DNA from: an uncultured Candidatus Saccharibacteria bacterium
GTDB taxonomy: Bacteria > Patescibacteriota > Minisyncoccia > Phycocordibacterales > JACNGX01
DNA: 64,000 nt
Reading direction: 5' to 3'
Assembly: GCA_964621395.1 (NCBI GenBank)
Contig: CAZULS010000002.1
Span: 23,306-87,305 of the forward strand
Shown one piece after another: positions 29,113 through 38,853 of this stretch (its first letter is position 1; each line of letters begins with the position of its first letter). Below the pieces are notes generated by a model, which saw only the letters and a list, made by a program, of their open reading frames with translations, did no database searches and was not told the origin of the DNA. The translations under genes and the position numbers were made by a program.

Positions 29113-30900
29113 TTACTTCGCTTCTTTAGGTTTCTGTGCGCGGTTTTCAATTTCTTCTTTCAGACGCGCAATGAGATCGCTTTCGGAGAGTTCGCCGATT
29201 TTATCAGCATCACGAGATTCGAGGGTTACGCCACCGCTCGCCACTTCCGCGTCACCGATGACGGCAAAGTACGGCACCTTTTCGGTCTTCACGGCACGAA
29301 TCTTTTTACCAAGCGTTTCATTGCTCTCGTCGAGGATTGCACGAACGCCCGCTTCTTTTAGCACATCGAGGATATGTGCTGCATGTTCTTTGTGTGCATC
29401 GGCAATCGGCAGAATACGAATCTGCTCAGGAGCGAGCCAGAGCGGGAATTTCCCGGCGGTGTGTTCAATGAGAACTCCCATAAAGCGTTCCATAGAGCCA
29501 AACGGCGCACGGTGAATCACGACCGGACGATGCTTTTCACCGTTCTCACCAACATACGTAAGGTCAAAGCGCTCAGGCATCACATAATCTACCTGCACGG
29601 TGCCGAGTTGCCATTCGCGACCAATAGCGTCGCGTACGATGAAGTCGATTTTGGGTCCGTAGAAGCTCGCTTCACCAACGCCAATGAAGTATTTGATGCC
29701 CATTCTGTCTGCCGCTTCTTTCACATCTTTTTCCGCCTGCTTCCACACATCAGCGGTCCCCCCGTATTTATCCTGATTTTCTGGATCGTGGAGCGAGAGG
29801 CGTGTCTGTACATTATCAAAACCGAGTGTCTTGAATACAAAGTGCGTCAAGTCAACGGCATTACAGATCTCATCTACAAGCTGATCAGGGCGACAATAAA
29901 TGTGTGAGTCGTCTTGTGTGAAGCCGCGCGCGCGAGTAAGTCCGTTTAATTCACCCGATTGTTCATGACGATAGACGGTACCAAACTCTGCAAAACGGAT
30001 CGGCAAGTCGCGATAACTCTTGGGTGATGAATTGTACATTACATGATGGTGAGGGCAGTTCATCGGTTTCAAGAGATATTCTTCTTCTTTGCCGGTGTCG
30101 TCCACATAGGTGAGCGGAGGAAATTGTGAATCGCTGTAGTACGGATAGTGGCCAGAACAACGATACAAATCAAGATTACCGATATGTGGTGTATATACAG
30201 GCACATAACCACGTCGCTTTTGCTCCGCGCGGAGGAATTCCTCGAGTTCAGTTCGTATGATGGCTCCATTCGGAAGCCACAGCGGAAGTCCTGAGCCGAC
30301 TTCGGGTGAGAGAAGGAAAAGACGCATCTCTTTACCAATGACACGATGGTCGCGTTTCTTCGCCTCTTCCATGAATACAAGATACTCGTCAAGCACCTCT
30401 TTATTCTCAAATGCCACGCCATAGATGCGGGTGAGCATGTCGTTCTCCTCACTTCCTTTCCAGTATGCTCCGGCAATTGCAGAAAGGGAAAAGCTCTCCG
30501 GATCGATATCGGAGCTTGTCTCCACATGCGGACCGGCACACAAATCAACAAAGTCGCCACTTTCGTAGACAGTTACATCGCGACCCTCTTCTTCATATTC
30601 ATCGATGAGTTCGAGCTTGTAGGGATTGTCAGCAAAAAGCGCGCGGGCTTCTTCAGCGGAAACAGCTCTTTGTGTGAACGGAAGATTTCCTGAAATGAGC
30701 TTTTTCATCTCTTTCTCAAGAGAGGGGAGTGATTCGGGAGTAATGCTCACACCTTCCGGAAAAGCGAAGTCGTAATAAAAGCCATTATCAATCGCCGGAC
30801 CCATGCCGATTTTCGTGCCCGGATACTTTTTCACTACTGCCGCCGCCAAAAGATGGGCGAGTGAATGACGTGATGTTTCAAGGGGTATTGGGGTATTCAT
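29113..30900 (-). CDS. thrS: Threonyl-tRNA synthetase
   Basis: RHSLAHLL, DLCAGPH, KPMNCPHH, FYGPKID, HRAPFGSMERF. Confidence 0.97.
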   Translation of the reverse strand: MNTPIPLETSRHSLAHLLAAAVVKKYPGTKIGMGPAIDNGFYYDFAFPEGVSITPESLPSLEKEMKKLISGNLPFTQRAVSAEEARALFADNPYKLELIDEYEEEGRDVTVYESGDFVDLCAGPHVETSSDIDPESFSLSAIAGAYWKGSEENDMLTRIYGVAFENKEVLDEYLVFMEEAKKRDHRVIGKEMRLFLLSPEVGSGLPLWLPNGAIIRTELEEFLRAEQKRRGYVPVYTPHIGNLDLYRCSGHYPYYSDSQFPPLTYVDDTGKEEEYLLKPMNCPHHHVMYNSSPKSYRDLPIRFAEFGTVYRHEQSGELNGLTRARGFTQDDSHIYCRPDQLVDEICNAVDLTHFVFKTLGFDNVQTRLSLHDPENQDKYGGTADVWKQAEKDVKEAADRMGIKYFIGVGEASFYGPKIDFIVRDAIGREWQLGTVQVDYVMPERFDLTYVGENGEKHRPVVIHRAPFGSMERFMGVLIEHTAGKFPLWLAPEQIRILPIADAHKEHAAHILDVLKEAGVRAILDESNETLGKKIRAVKTEKVPYFAVIGDAEVASGGVTLESRDADKIGELSESDLIARLKEEIENRAQKPKEAK

Positions 30901-31026
30901 ATAATAGAAACGATAAACGATAAACGATAAAAAGTAAAGCAGGACAATAATAAAAAAAACCGGCATCATGTAATCATGTGCCGGTCGGCAGAGTTTATGT
31001 TTCTCGTTTTAAGTAACACTGCCTTT

Positions 31027-31269
31027 TTATGATTTGTCTTTGAGAAAGCATATTCCGCAACCAGTAAGTGCCTCCACTATAAGTATCACAATACAAGAGG
31101 TAATGTAGGTCCCGATGATAGGGAGTATGCCCTGGGGATTGATAATCAGCACAGGAATTACCCCCGTAAGTGTAACGTGTATAAAAAACACCACTTCTTC
31201 ATCTGTATGAATAGCGAGAATAAGACTTGTCACTGCCAAGGCAATGAAGATAATCAATGTAGTGGTCAT
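31027..31269 (-). CDS. Small 3-TM membrane protein (orphan cassette)
   Basis: GGGAG SD, TTGACA-16-TATAAT promoter, terminator at about 30952-30984. Confidence 0.65.
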   Translation of the reverse strand: MTTTLIIFIALAVTSLILAIHTDEEVVFFIHVTLTGVIPVLIINPQGILPIIGTYITSCIVILIVEALTGCGICFLKDKS

Positions 31270-31415
31270 TTGCGTCTCCCGTATAGAGTTAAATTATTCA
31301 CAGAGCTTACTAAGGCGGATTATATACCACCTCTATGGCCTGTCAATAAGCGGCGCGTGAGCGCCGCTTGTGTGTGTTTGTTCCATATTCCATTTTTTCC
31401 AACTTCGAGTTTCTA

Positions 31416-31609
31416 GAACCGGTCTCACTGAAAACGGCTTGTTCTCGTGCCCAAACAGCGAGCGAACCAACGTCGCGGAGACCACAACGTACCGTTCGTA
31501 CGTTGTGGTTGAGCGACAAGGTGTAGCCGCTGTTTGGGCGCGAGAACTGCCAAGCACAGCTCTTGAATATGTTTCCATTATTTTTTAACGTTTTCAGTGA
31601 GGATGGTTC
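31416..31609. mobile_element. MITE-like structured element, copy 2
   Basis: TIR GAACCGGTCTCACTGAAAAC. Inverted homolog of 13341-13527. Confidence 0.85.
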
Positions 31610-31615
31610 TCATTT

Positions 31616-34600
31616 CTAACCTTCCTCTTTTTTCAACTCTTTTACCGCATCGGCGATGACGGAGATGTCGCCATTGCGGGTGGAGAATTTCCCTTGCACG
31701 GCGATGCACGTATCCACTTCGAGAAGGTCTTTGAACTCTACAAATACTTTCGGGAAGATGACCACTTCAATGGTGTCGTGGAAATCGGCAATGCGGATAA
31801 ATGCCATGCGCTCACCTTTTTTGGTGAGAAGAGCACGCACATCTTCGATAATGCCGGCGACGATTGCGCGTGAACCGTCGCGAGCGTTTTCTTTCAGTGT
31901 TACCAGATTCATACCGCGTTCTTCAAAACGTGCACGAAATACCTCAAGAGGGTGTCCGGAAATATACAAACCAAGAAGCTCTTTTTCCCACATGAGCATC
32001 TGTTCTTCTGAAATCGCCTCTTTTTCTTTCAGTCGGAATGAGGGAATAGAGGATTCATCCATGAGTCCGAAAATCGTTCCTTGATCTTTGCACGCGCCAT
32101 GGTGCTCATGGTGATAATTGGCAGCCTCTTCAATATTGCCTATGAGTGTACTGCGGTCGCCAAAAGAATCTGTTGAGCCACTTTTCATGAGCGCTTCGAG
32201 AGACTTGCGGTTGAGATTTTTGTGTTCAATGCGCTCGAGGAATTCTCCCAGGGATGAAAATGGACCGTGTTCTTTTCGCTCGGCAATAATGGCATCGGAA
32301 ATATCGGTACCGAGATTTTTTACGGTGTACAGACCGAATCTAATACTATCTCTCTCCTCTTCTTTGCGCACCACGGTAAAGTCACCAAAACTCTCATTCA
32401 CATCCGGCGGGAGAACGGGAATATCCATGCGTTTACACTCGGCAATAATTTCCGCCACTTTCTCGGTGTCGCCGGCTTCCGCGGAAAGCACGGCAGTCAT
32501 GTATTCCACCGGATAGTGTGCCTTCATGTATGCCGTCTTATACGCCAAGTTTCCGTAGCTTGCGGCATGTGCTTTGTTGAAACCGTAGGCGGCGAATGTT
32601 TCAATCTGATTCCAGAGCTCTTGCGCAGCTCTCGGTGTCATCTCGTGCTCGACACATCCTTCGATAAAGCGCTTCTTCTGCTTTGCCATTTCCTCGGGAA
32701 TTTTCTTACCCACCGCCTTGCGGAATTTGTCGGCCTCGCCCCAGGAGTATCCCGCGAGGTGTACGGCAATGAGGAGAATATCGTCTTGATAAATCAAAAT
32801 ACCATATGTGGGTTCAAGGAACTCTTTCAGGCGCGGATCGAGATAGGTTACCTTGGAGGGATCTTTTTTGCGTTCGATATAATCGGGAATAAATGCCATT
32901 GGGCCCGGACGATAGAGTGCAACCATAGCGTTGATGTCGTCGATGTTGGTGGGGCGAAGCTCCATGAGCCACTTGGTCATGCCGGCACTAGCCATTTGAA
33001 AGACGCCCATCGTCCTTCCTTGAGCGAGCATCGTATATGTTTTCACGTCATCAAGCGGCAGGGTATCAAGATTGATTTCTATACCATGAAGCTGCTCTAC
33101 AAGACGAACAGAGTGCTCAAGCATGGCAAGGTTGGTGATGCCGAGGAAGTCAAATTTCAAAAGTCCCGCGTCTTCCACGGCATGCATGTCGTATTGTGTG
33201 ATGATTTTTCCTCCCTTTGGATCGTACTGCACAGGCGTGAACGTGGTCATCTCAGCCGGAGCAATCACCACGCCCGCGGCATGAACGGAAATGTGCCGGG
33301 CACACCCTTCGATTTGTCGGGCGGTGTTGATAATCTCTTGTGCTTCGGCGGATTCGTCATAGAGTTTTTTCAGATCTGGCTCTTCTTCAAGTGCACGCTC
33401 GATGGTCATGGGAAATCCTTGTGAGCCGGGAGGGATGAGCTTCGCAATCATGTCGCCGGTATTATAGGAATGGCCGAGAGCACGGGCGACATCGCGCACT
33501 GAACCGCGCGCAAGCATGGTACCGAATGTACCAATCTGAGCAACGCGATTTTCACCGTATTTTTCCCGAGCATACGCAATGACTTCATCGCGACGATTGT
33601 CGGCAAAGTCCATATCGATATCCGGTGCCGACGGGCGCTCCGGGTTGAGAAAACGCTCGAAGGGGAGACGATAATCCAGCGGGTTGATGCTGGTAATAAA
33701 GGTGAGATATGCCACGAGAGAGCCCGCGGCCGATCCTCGGGTGTTGGTGAGGATGCCGTTATTTTTTGCAAAGGTGAGGAGATCGGAAACCACAAGAAAG
33801 TATGGAGAATAACCCTTGGTCTTGATGATATCGAGCTCGTATTCAATACGCTCCTCAACTTCCGGTGTGCGGGTAAGCCCGCGCTTTTCAATGCCTTCAA
33901 GGGTAATGCGACGCAATTCATCGTCGTAATTGGTGTGTTCCGGAATGACAAAGTCGGGGAAAACCCAATTGCCGAGCTCAAGAGAAAGTGTGCACTTCTC
34001 AGCGATGGCAAGCGTATTTGCGAGTGCCTCGGGTGCATCGGCGAAGAATTCCTGCGCCTGCTCCTGAGATATGAAAGAAAAATCGGGTGTATCCTCCATG
34101 AAACCCACATCCTCGGCAACGGTATTACCCGAACCGATGGCAATCATGATTTCGCGAATGCGGTGGTCTTCCGCTTTGAGATAATACACATCGTGCGCGG
34201 CAACGAGCGGCACATTTTCCGTATGAGCAAAATCGACGATTTTTTTCCGACGCTCCATCTGGCCCTCCATTTCCGGATGGTGTGTGATTTCAAGATAGAA
34301 ATCTTCATACATCGCCTGATATTCCGCAACGCGCGCTTTCGCGCGCTCCGTATCACCCTGAGCAAGCATGTCGGCAATGTCGCCTGAGAATTGCGGATTG
34401 ATACACACGAGCCCTTCGGAGTGCTGCCTCATGAGCTCCATGTCGATACGGGGTTTGTAGTAGAAACCTTCAAGGTACGACTTACTCACCAAACGCATGA
34501 GGTTGTAATATCCTTCAGTGTTTTTTGCAAGAAGGACAATGCGGTGCCGACGATTATCAATACCCGGGCGTTTGTCGTGACGGTTTTCAAGCGCGACATA

Positions 34601-34810
34601 AAAATCCACGCCGATGATTGGCTTCACACCTTCTTTTTCACATCGTGTGTAGAATTCAATTGCGCCGTAAAGGTTTCCCGCATCAGTGAGGGCAAGCGCC
34701 GGCATACCGGCGTCCTTTGCTGCGGCAACCAATTCCGGAATCTTCGGCAATGCCGAAAGGAGAGAATAGTGACTATGGGTGTGAAGATGGACGAAGGAGG
34801 GAGTGCTCAT
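31616..34810 (-). CDS. dnaE: DNA polymerase III alpha subunit
   Basis: HLHTHSHYS PHP domain, RGSAAGS, PDIDMD, FNKAHA. Confidence 0.97.
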   Translation of the reverse strand: MSTPSFVHLHTHSHYSLLSALPKIPELVAAAKDAGMPALALTDAGNLYGAIEFYTRCEKEGVKPIIGVDFYVALENRHDKRPGIDNRRHRIVLLAKNTEGYYNLMRLVSKSYLEGFYYKPRIDMELMRQHSEGLVCINPQFSGDIADMLAQGDTERAKARVAEYQAMYEDFYLEITHHPEMEGQMERRKKIVDFAHTENVPLVAAHDVYYLKAEDHRIREIMIAIGSGNTVAEDVGFMEDTPDFSFISQEQAQEFFADAPEALANTLAIAEKCTLSLELGNWVFPDFVIPEHTNYDDELRRITLEGIEKRGLTRTPEVEERIEYELDIIKTKGYSPYFLVVSDLLTFAKNNGILTNTRGSAAGSLVAYLTFITSINPLDYRLPFERFLNPERPSAPDIDMDFADNRRDEVIAYAREKYGENRVAQIGTFGTMLARGSVRDVARALGHSYNTGDMIAKLIPPGSQGFPMTIERALEEEPDLKKLYDESAEAQEIINTARQIEGCARHISVHAAGVVIAPAEMTTFTPVQYDPKGGKIITQYDMHAVEDAGLLKFDFLGITNLAMLEHSVRLVEQLHGIEINLDTLPLDDVKTYTMLAQGRTMGVFQMASAGMTKWLMELRPTNIDDINAMVALYRPGPMAFIPDYIERKKDPSKVTYLDPRLKEFLEPTYGILIYQDDILLIAVHLAGYSWGEADKFRKAVGKKIPEEMAKQKKRFIEGCVEHEMTPRAAQELWNQIETFAAYGFNKAHAASYGNLAYKTAYMKAHYPVEYMTAVLSAEAGDTEKVAEIIAECKRMDIPVLPPDVNESFGDFTVVRKEEERDSIRFGLYTVKNLGTDISDAIIAERKEHGPFSSLGEFLERIEHKNLNRKSLEALMKSGSTDSFGDRSTLIGNIEEAANYHHEHHGACKDQGTIFGLMDESSIPSFRLKEKEAISEEQMLMWEKELLGLYISGHPLEVFRARFEERGMNLVTLKENARDGSRAIVAGIIEDVRALLTKKGERMAFIRIADFHDTIEVVIFPKVFVEFKDLLEVDTCIAVQGKFSTRNGDISVIADAVKELKKEEG

Positions 34811-35023
34811 GGTGGGGTAAGTATAGCATATGAGCTTATAGCTTTTAGCTTGTAGCTTAGAGGATGTGGTTGTGTATTTTCTCCACTGTCATCCTACACT
34901 TGATGCGGGAATCTTCGCTAATTTCCGAAAGGACGGACCTGTCTGCAAAGTCTGAAAAAGTGTGGTGTAATATTTCCAAAATCTCGTTTGTCCCTGCTTA
35001 TGTATCCGTAGTACAATACAGAT

Positions 35024-35533
35024 ATGAAAGCCCAGAAAGGAACCACCGCATACGTTGATGGAGCGAATTTGCACAGAGGAATTATGTCCTCGGGGTGGCA
35101 TCTTGATTATGCACGTTTTCGTGTATGGCTGACAGATAAATATGGAGTAGAAAAGGCATATATGTTTATCGGTATGATACCGAAGTATGCCGATATGTAC
35201 GCACGACTACAGAGGGCGGGATTCATTCTCGTATTCAAGGAGGTTGTGTATGACGGAGACGGAAGACCAAAGGGGAATTGTGATGCTGATTTGGTGACGC
35301 AGGCAATGAAAGATGTGTATGAGGAGGACACAAAACAAGCGATTCTCGTCTCAAGTGATGGTGACTATACACCTTTGGTAAAATTTTGGCAGGAAAAAGG
35401 TGTTGCACGCGCAATCCTTTCTCCGGCCCCTGAGGGGAAATGCTCCGTTCTCTTAAGACGAACGGAGGTAGGCATTGTGTATTTAAACGACAAGAAAAAG
35501 ATATTGGAAGTACGGAAGTCTGGTTCTAAATGA
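35024..35533 (+). CDS. NYN-domain (PIN-like, LabA/DUF88) protein
   Basis: YVDGANL, KGNCDADL, LVSSDGDY. Confidence 0.9.
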   Translation: MKAQKGTTAYVDGANLHRGIMSSGWHLDYARFRVWLTDKYGVEKAYMFIGMIPKYADMYARLQRAGFILVFKEVVYDGDGRPKGNCDADLVTQAMKDVYEEDTKQAILVSSDGDYTPLVKFWQEKGVARAILSPAPEGKCSVLLRRTEVGIVYLNDKKKILEVRKSGSK

Positions 35534-35582
35534 AAAAGCCCCCGATGAGGACGAGCCTCACCAGGGTCTTTTCCATAGTGAT
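35530..35582 (-). ncRNA. Candidate small hairpin RNA convergent with the NYN gene
   Basis: TTGACT-16-TACACT promoter on the minus strand (35616-35589), followed by a bulged hairpin and U-tract. Confidence 0.45.
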
Positions 35583-35684
35583 ACGTATAGTGTAGCCGCT
35601 CCAACAGAAAAGTCAAGGGGCTTATCTGCGGAAACAAAAAGCAGAGCTCACGCTCTGCTTTTTCTATTTCCGAATTTCTAGTTT

Positions 35685-36269
35685 CTAACTTCTATCTCTA
35701 AAATTCTTCCACATCTGGCTCGGGATCGGTTTTCCTTCGGAGCCGACGTATTTGCTGTTTAAGGAGTCGGCGTGGTCGGCATTGTATGGGCGTTCGGATG
35801 ATGAGGAGACGCGCTCGAAGACCATCTGCGCAATCGGCATTTTGTAGTACAGCAAGATGGGAAGGGAAGCGGTATTGAAAAGATCGAGTGTCATGTTTAC
35901 GGTATTGCCCGGATCAAGGAAGCCGGCGGTTACGTGAATCATGAGTCCGAGACGACCAACGGAACTTTTCCCTTCAAGACGGCCGACCATATTTTCTGAG
36001 ACACCCGTCTTTTCATAAATCATGCCGAGGGCGAATTCGCCTGGATGGAGAATGAATGGCTCATCTTCATCAATCTCCACGTCTATCATGAGGTCTTCCA
36101 CCGGCTTCTTTGCGTCGATCAGTGCGCTTTTATTGCGGTCGTACACGAGAAAATGCTTGCCGAGGCGGAGGTCCACGGAAGCAGGTTGGAGCATGGCATC
36201 ATTATATGGGTCGATGAAGATGTCATCTTTCGCAATAGCATCTTTAATGTCGCGGTCGGAGAGAATCAT
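35685..36269 (-). CDS. dcd: dCTP deaminase
   Basis: MILSDRDI, QPASVDLRL, GKSSVGRLGL, AGFLDPG. Confidence 0.95.
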   Translation of the reverse strand: MILSDRDIKDAIAKDDIFIDPYNDAMLQPASVDLRLGKHFLVYDRNKSALIDAKKPVEDLMIDVEIDEDEPFILHPGEFALGMIYEKTGVSENMVGRLEGKSSVGRLGLMIHVTAGFLDPGNTVNMTLDLFNTASLPILLYYKMPIAQMVFERVSSSSERPYNADHADSLNSKYVGSEGKPIPSQMWKNFRDRS

Positions 36270-36403
36270 ACTTTAGGAGATTAGGAGAATAAGAATTAGG
36301 AGATTAATACGTCGCTACGCGACTTTCTTAGGTTTATTTTAGCACAGTTTCTCTTTTTTAATACTAACTTCCTAATTTCCTCCCATACTGCTATACTTAT
36401 AGC

Positions 36404-37006
36404 ATGAGAATTACCCATATCGTGGGTATAGATGAAGCGGGGCGTGGCTCTCTTGCCGGCCCTGTGTGCGTCGGCGTCGTTGCCGTGCCGGTGGAAAGGG
36501 AAGAGGATGTTTGCATGATGTTTCGGCGGCTTGAGGGGCGTGATTCAAAGCGTTGGTCGGAAACAAAGCGCGAGAAATGGTTTGAGAAGATTCGAGATAC
36601 TCAGTGCAGAAACATGCTTGTCTATGGTTCGGCGTTGGTTGGTTCGCGCAGTGTGGATGAGAGTGGCATCGTGCCGTCGATTAATACCGCGCTCGGAAGG
36701 GCATTGCGAAAGATGGGACTTGATCCGGCGACGTGTGATGTGCGTTTGGATGGCGGCTTGTTTGCTCCGCGCACATATCTAAACCAAGAGACAATTGTGA
36801 AAGGGGATGAAAGAGATGTTGTGATTTCTATGGCGTCGATTGTGGCAAAGGTGACCCGTGATCGAAAAATGCGCCGCTTGGCACGTGTGTATCCGGCGTA
36901 TGCCTTTGATATTCATAAAGGATACGGTACCGAAAGGCATTATTTGGCGATAGGGAAGAACGGCCTATGCCCGGAGCATCGGCGTACGTTTTTGATAAAA
37001 CACTAA
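36404..37006 (+). CDS. rnhB: Ribonuclease HII
   Basis: GIDEAGRG, DSK, ASIVAKVTRD, HKGYGT. Confidence 0.95.
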   Translation: MRITHIVGIDEAGRGSLAGPVCVGVVAVPVEREEDVCMMFRRLEGRDSKRWSETKREKWFEKIRDTQCRNMLVYGSALVGSRSVDESGIVPSINTALGRALRKMGLDPATCDVRLDGGLFAPRTYLNQETIVKGDERDVVISMASIVAKVTRDRKMRRLARVYPAYAFDIHKGYGTERHYLAIGKNGLCPEHRRTFLIKH

Positions 37007-37173
37007 CGAAAGAATTATCTAAGGAACAGAAAAAGTAGAATAGTGTTTATGGACTTTTGTTCATACTTCGTAATTCTTGATTCTCCATGCTGAAAAAAGC
37101 AAGGGCGTGGGTCGGCCTAAAGCCGACCCACGCCCTTGCTTTTTTTCGGGTATCTGCTATAGTATCCACCACT

Positions 37174-37440
37174 ATGTCAGTACGCATGCGCCATACGCGC
37201 TCTCATACAAAGAATCGTCGTTCACATCACGCGCTCTCAGCACCGCGTCTTTCGACGTGTGCCAATTGTGGCGCTGAGCATATTCGCCATCGTATGTGTG
37301 GTGAATGTGGTACGTATCGCGGTCGTGAAGTGATTGATATTGTTGCGCAGAAAGAACGCAAGATCGAACGCGCAAAGAACAAAGCAAAATCCATGGGCAA
37401 AGACCCTGCTGAAGTCTCAACGCAAAAAAAGAAGAAATAA
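37174..37440 (+). CDS. rpmF: 50S ribosomal protein bL32
   Basis: RRSHHAL, CxxC..HRMCxxCGTYRGR. C-terminus derives from an inserted element. Confidence 0.95.
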   Translation: MSVRMRHTRSHTKNRRSHHALSAPRLSTCANCGAEHIRHRMCGECGTYRGREVIDIVAQKERKIERAKNKAKSMGKDPAEVSTQKKKK

Positions 37441-37583
37441 ATGCTTGCCGGCTGACGCACTCATATTCCGGCTGCAAATCGCTCAAAGCACCTCGAAGTA
37501 CGAGAGTACTCCATCGGTGCTTTTCACGATTTTCGCTCGGAATATGAGCGCGTCACGCTCGACATGAGACTTTGCGCAGGGTC
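37402..37583. mobile_element. MITE-like structured element, copy 3 (interrupts rpmF)
   Basis: Imperfect TIR GACCCTGC..AAGTCTCA / TGAGACTT..GCAGGGTC. Shares CGCACTCA, CGGCTGC, GTACGANAGTAC, TCGCTCG and TGAGCGCG with copy 1. Confidence 0.75.
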
Positions 37584-37585
37584 TG

Positions 37586-37738
37586 GACATAAAAGATGCC
37601 GAAACAAAAGCACGAAAGGAAGAAAAGGTGGAGAAAAAAGAGAAGGTGTCTGCAACGAAAGAAAAGAAGGCAAAAAAGCCTGTAGCAAAGAAATCCACAA
37701 GCACGAAAGCGAAATCCACGAAAAAGTCTGAAAAATAG
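37586..37738 (+). pseudogene. Detached Lys/Glu-rich C-terminal tail of bL32
   Basis: 50 open codons DIKDAETKARKEEK...KKSEK then stop. In frame with rpmF if 37402-37585 is removed. Confidence 0.7.
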
Positions 37739-37840
37739 TGTATAATATAAACGGAACCGAAACGGTGCCGTTTGTTGTTTAGACGACTCTAAACATCCGT
37801 CGCCGTTTCTGTTTCTAGATTTATTCAATAGCTCTTTAGA

Positions 37841-38731
37841 ATGGCAAATAGACACTTGTGCAGAAGTATCGTGATGCAATCACTCTTTGAGTGGGATTTT
37901 GGCGGGTATACTGCCGATATAACAGAAATTGTGCATCGCAATGCAGAAGAATTCGCACCCGGGGAGACGCATACACCTTTTATGCTTACGCTCGCCGAAG
38001 GTGTGGTGAAAAAACACGCGAAACTTGATGAGATCATTTCGGTCGCCGCACCGGAATGGCCAATCGAAAAAATAGCAACGCTCAATAGAACCGTGCTCCG
38101 CATCGGTCTCTACGAGCTTCTTTTTGGCAATCACTCTGATGTGCCGCCGAAGGTTGCTATCAATGAAGCAATTGAGCTTGCCAAGACATTTGGTGGGGAC
38201 ACCAGCAGTCGTTTTGTAAACGGTGTTCTCGGTGCCGTGTATCGAGAAATGGGTGAGCCGGGCAAAGAACAAAAATCTCAGAAGAAGCAGCCGATTGATC
38301 GAAGCACACTTCCCATAGACCGTCTCATTGGCGCTGTGGTCTATGCCCGGACCGATGAGGGTCTTCGTTTGGGTCTCATTAAAGATGTCTTCGGTAAATG
38401 GACAATGGTGAAGGGCCACCTGAAAGAAGGAGAAGACGATGAGGCGGCCGTGCGAAGAAAAGTGCCGGATGAAATGGGTGCTGAGGTGAGTGAGGTGCGC
38501 GATCTTCTTGGTGAAAATGAGTATTTGGCAAATACCGATGACGGCGGGAAAATTCGCAAGCAGGTAAAATATTATCTCGTGGAAGCACACTACGGTGAGC
38601 TTCGCGCAGGTGAATCAGGCGGTATCGAGGATGCGGCATGGTTCCCGCTTGAAGAGGTTGCCGATCTCACTATGTACGACGATATCGTGCCTATCATTAC
38701 CAAGGGCGTGGAGCTTTTGATGGAGCGATGA
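37841..38731 (+). CDS. nusB: NusB fused to a C-terminal NUDIX-like domain
   Basis: PPKVAINEAIELAKTFG..SRFVNGVLG, then KGHLKEGE..DEMG degenerate Nudix box. Confidence 0.92.
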   Translation: MANRHLCRSIVMQSLFEWDFGGYTADITEIVHRNAEEFAPGETHTPFMLTLAEGVVKKHAKLDEIISVAAPEWPIEKIATLNRTVLRIGLYELLFGNHSDVPPKVAINEAIELAKTFGGDTSSRFVNGVLGAVYREMGEPGKEQKSQKKQPIDRSTLPIDRLIGAVVYARTDEGLRLGLIKDVFGKWTMVKGHLKEGEDDEAAVRRKVPDEMGAEVSEVRDLLGENEYLANTDDGGKIRKQVKYYLVEAHYGELRAGESGGIEDAAWFPLEEVADLTMYDDIVPIITKGVELLMER

Positions 38732-38853
38732 CATCTATGATGTCATCCCGCACTTGATGCGGGATCTCGTAATTTTTTGCACATACTCTCTTTATCTGGA
38801 TTCCTGGTCAAGCCAGGAATGACGATACTTACTGTTATTAGGTACATTCTCTT

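Noticed and set aside
35757-35785. GCCGAC repeats in dcd (NADHADS) resembling the in-frame element
   Set aside because: The repeats are direct rather than inverted, and the flanks do not fit the consensus.
37441-37455. ATG CTT GCC GGC TGA as possible UGA read-through (code 25) start of the bL32 tail
   Set aside because: It lies inside the inserted element and is not in frame with the tail. TGA terminates several conserved genes here (pheT, smc, nusB).
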